Positions 60,141 to 64,000 of a DNA stretch of 64,000 bases are shown here, piece after piece (position 1 is the first letter of the stretch; each line of letters begins with the position of its first letter). The notes under the pieces were generated by a model. The model was not told where the DNA came from. It saw nothing but the letters and a program-made list of their open reading frames with translations, and did not search any database. The translations under genes were made by a program, and so were the position numbers. This DNA is from Eledone cirrhosa (Eukaryota), in assembly GCA_964016885.1 (NCBI GenBank), contig OZ024741.1:66588001-66652000 (forward strand). The letters run 5' to 3'.

Positions 60141-60156
60141 ATATATATATATATAA

Positions 60157-60193
<37 letters not shown>

Positions 60194-60233
60194 TATATAT
60201 ATATATATATATATATACAAGTTATATATATAT

Positions 60234-60377
60234 ATACAAGTTATATATTAATATATATGATAAACACAAACGTGTTTGTATTGTAAGAGACAAATTTAGC
60301 TAGCATGCTAGCTAACTTTGTCTCTTACAATACAAACACGTTTGTGTTTATCATATATATTAATATATAACTTGTAT
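60234..60377. repeat. 144-bp loopless palindrome with ~70-bp 3' tail
   Basis: 72-bp arms centred at 60305/60306 (TAGCA|TGCTA), one mismatch. Confidence 0.95.
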
Positions 60378-60448
60378 TTCACTGCTCAGAAATGCCTCTT
60401 TCTTTGAGCTGATTAATTGTAAACGACTATGAGTTTAATCTCTAAATA

Positions 60449-60802
<354 letters not shown>

Positions 60803-60987
60803 TTTTATACACAAAACGCCAGCACCAACAGTTTATATATAAATATATATATATATTATACACAAAACGCCAGCACCAACAGTTTTCAAGAGGTGTCAAC
60901 ATGAATGGACCTGAAATTTTTATCTAAAGACATTTTTTTCCTATTCCAACCCACCCGTCCCTTCAATCTATCTTATTTCTCATTCTT

Positions 60988-61023
60988 TCTTCTGATGAAG
61001 GACTAGCGCCCGAAACGTTAAGA
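60988..61023 (+). ncRNA. Minimal type I hammerhead in a Penelope-like 3' stub (~60805-61110)
   Basis: TCTT-CTGATGA-AGGA-ctagcg-CCC-GAAACGTT-AAGA. 4-bp stem I and palindromic ACGT stem III. Preceded by an ORF end [12 protein letters not shown]. Confidence 0.75.
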
Positions 61024-61121
61024 CCCTCTTCCTGCTATTTCAAGCGTTAACCTAATATATTCCTTCCATATACTGTACCGATTGTGTTGTTGTTATTTCT
61101 GTTTATCTTTTACACACACAC

Positions 61122-61201
<80 letters not shown>

Positions 61202-61261
61202 GTATATACAAAGTGTTAAAACGATCAAATTTTAGTTTAGAACATTTATTTGCTGACAAAC

Positions 61262-62900
61262 AATTGTTTTGGTAACTAGTATACTGGTTAAGGGGATATG
61301 CATTTGAGTGGTTGTTTCTGTTTCTACTTCTAGTATTATGATTATGGTAAGTATTATTATTATTATTGGTATTATTAGTATGACTTGCTGTATGGTCCTG
61401 TACTGTGTTATTACTCAGGTTATTTCTATGCTGGACACTATTACTTTGGTGTAATCTGAAGTACTTTTTAATCTCTCTCTTGTTAATGATGGCTATATGG
61501 TCTGCTATGTTAGGTGTGCTGGACTAGGAGATTTTAATGGTATTTTTGTTAAATAGGTTGTGGTGTTTATGGTTAGTTGGGAAGTTTGTGTATAGAATAG
61601 AGAAGAAAGCTTTAGGTATGTTTGTTGAGACATTTAAGTTGAACGGAAGATAAAAAAATGTGTTACTTCTTCTATTCTTCTTATGGTTGTTATTCATACT
61701 ACTGTTTAGTGTGGTGTTAGGTACCTTCTTATCTATATTTTTCTTTCTGTGGTTTTTCTTAGGATTATTGCTGTGGTGTGATTTAACTTTTTTGATGCCC
61801 TCTGTATAGGGGTCAGGGTTTTCAATACTATGTTTATATTTAATTTTATTCATGGCCATGTTGTGTGAAATTATATTACGTTGTCTATGGGTGGTTGATG
61901 ATTTAGGTTTAAATATAATTTTATCTCTATGGCCGGAACGAGCTAAGGCTTCATTATAGTATTGGGAGTTACGGTTAAACGTATTCTCGTTGTAAGAAAG
62001 ACTAGCGATTCTATTAGATACCCCTTTAATGATTGAGATCAATACAGATTTAGGGTGGTTAGAGTTGGTATTAACATAGAAGAGTTTTTCATTAGGTTTA
62101 TGATAAGGTGTATATTTTTTCGAGTCTAAGCAGAGAGTAACGTACAGGAAGTTAACATTTTTGGTATTTTTATCTAAAGAGATACCTAAGTTGTTGTTTT
62201 TAAATATTTTATGTAATTGTTTTCTAGTTCTTTCTATATTGAATTTTTTAAAGTCTAAGAGGAAAAGTGCGTCGTCTCGATAGAGACCACCGTTAAGGTA
62301 AGGTAGGTTCTTATGTATTTCGTTTAAGAGAAATAGGCCAACTAAGTCGGTTACCTGTGCCGAGTCGCTAGATCCCATGGTCATATCGAAGTTGTTGGGT
62401 GTATTCTTGCGGGTCCATATTTGGTCTTCAAATTTAATTATTGTTTTCCTGGCCGCAAGGATTATATCTACCTGGGATCTAGTGAGTTCACTATTGTTCA
62501 TGGCCATTATTAATGTTTAATTTAAAAGGATATGTGAAATAGAGGTGTAGTAGGAGTTTATATCGAATTGGATGAATTTCTTATTATTATTTTCATTAAT
62601 ACCATTAAATCAATCGATTACTTCCCTAGTATTTCCCCAGAGGTTAAAATGGATTTTTTGTTTAATTTGGGGGATTACTTTATCTAAAAATTTTTTACTA
62701 ATAATACCAATGTCGGATCTGGATTGGCAAATAAGTCTAATTGAGGGGTTAGTATTGAAGTCATCCTTATGGAAGAAACAATTGTCAGCAAATAAATGTT
62801 CTAAACTAAAATTTGATCGTTTTAACACTTTGTATCTCAGCTCTGTAAAATACTTGAAAAGTTGCATTGAGCCTTTTGTCATACCGGTAACTTGTTCTAC
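61262..62900 (-). mobile_element. Penelope-like RT fragment (GLYRDD-type clade), pseudogenised, truncated at both ends
   Basis: TNPSIRLI..SDIGIISKKFLD, FIQFDINSYYTSIS, FDMTMGSSDSAQVTDLVG, GLYRDDAL, YHKPNEKLFYVNTNSNHPK, LFNKNTIKIS*S. One reading frame with three in-frame stops; ends before the GIY-YIG domain. Confidence 0.92.
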
Positions 62901-62950
62901 CCGCCATATTTATAGTTGTATTAAACATATATAAATATAAATATCCTTAT

Positions 62951-63046
<96 letters not shown>

Positions 63047-63418
63047 CATAAAAGATTTACACATTAACACACACATACACGTTCATACATAATCATATAC
63101 ACACACATGCACACACATACACGCGCGCACGTGTTCGTCTTATCTATTCTCTCTCTCCGCCCCCTCTATCCCCCCTCTCTCTCTTTTTATATGTATATAT
63201 AAATACACAAACACATATATATGAGTGTGTGAATGTGTCTGTTTATGTATATGTCAGCCTAAAATACGGTTTGAATTGTTGCAATTGACGTCACTTAAGC
63301 CGTTAATGTTATCGATAAAATACTTACATATGTTGACCTAGGATCCCACACTTGTAGTAGAAAAAGTAAAAATGTATAGAAAAAAGTACAGGGCTTTTAA
63401 CATTTGATGACGTCTTAC

Positions 63419-63491
63419 ATACGGTGTGTCGTAGTCATTTAAAACCTGGTGGAGCCCATCAATCTCCAGGTCGAAGCTCTGCCGATTTCTT
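63419..63491 (-). CDS. Candidate internal coding exon of an unidentified host gene
   Basis: Long pyrimidine tract ...cttctttttttctag| followed by 73 nt open as RNRQSFDLEIDGLHQVLNDYDTPY, then |gtaaga. Confidence 0.4.
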
Positions 63492-63769
63492 CTAGAAAAA
63501 AAGAAGAGAGAGAGAGGGGGTGAGAGAGAGAGAGGGACGGGCGAGAGGGAGAGGGAGAGGAGGCGAGAAAGAGAGAGAGGGAGAGAGAGAGAGAGAGGTG
63601 TGAGATAAAGAGAGAAAAAGAAAGACTACTAAAATGCAAGGGATTACTGAGAATGGGAAAGGACAAGACAGAGAGAGCATAATTCAAATAGAGAGATGAC
63701 GATTGATCTTGCTTTTGAATTTTTGCAAATTTTAGTAGTTAGGAAAGCAAGAACGAATTAGAACAACAG

Positions 63770-63870
63770 ATGAAGAATCGGCCCCAGTACTGGACTGGTA
63801 CTTTATTTATCGACCTCTAAAAGATGAAAGGGAAAGTTGACATCGGGAGGATTTCAACTCATAGCACAGT
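63770..63870 (-). mobile_element. Diverged SINE family A fragment
   Basis: CTGGTACTTTATTTATCGACC...GATGAAAGGGAAAGTTGAC. Confidence 0.75.
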
Positions 63871-64000
63871 GAATCTGAACAAATACCAACGTATTTTAAT
63901 CTGACATCCTAATGAAGAACTATAGCGATAACATCGGACTCTAGTACTCTATGCATGTAGGGTTCTGTAACTCCTGTTGGAATCATAGGGGTGCCGTATT

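Noticed and set aside
62610-62612. In-frame TGA in the PLE RT as possible selenocysteine
   Set aside because: It falls at a position expected to be Trp (VIDWF), and TAA and TAG stops also interrupt the frame, so this is ordinary decay.

Overview
AT-rich, repeat-saturated eukaryotic DNA; the SINE families look like those of octopus (recognised from memory, not by database search). No intact protein-coding gene is visible and almost all listed ORFs are microsatellite artefacts. About 26 kb (7.7-33.5 kb) is an irregular C/A-only satellite with higher-order duplications, followed by opposed trinucleotide tracts. The rest is TE debris: two pseudogenised Penelope-like elements (RT +/- GIY-YIG), RTE and other LINE fragments, about 20 tRNA-derived SINEs (several with TSDs), mariner and hAT relics, and 31-bp and ~39-bp minisatellites. 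The most notable signal is a dispersed set of short Penelope-type 3'-end stubs. They sit in (TA)n/(CA)n tracts, are capped by fold-back inverted repeats, and carry about nine type I hammerhead ribozyme motifs, five distinct ones with a 60-95 nt insertion in stem II. One ~590-bp unit is terminally redundant, like a retrozyme. A few isolated splice-site-bounded segments suggest the window may be intronic.
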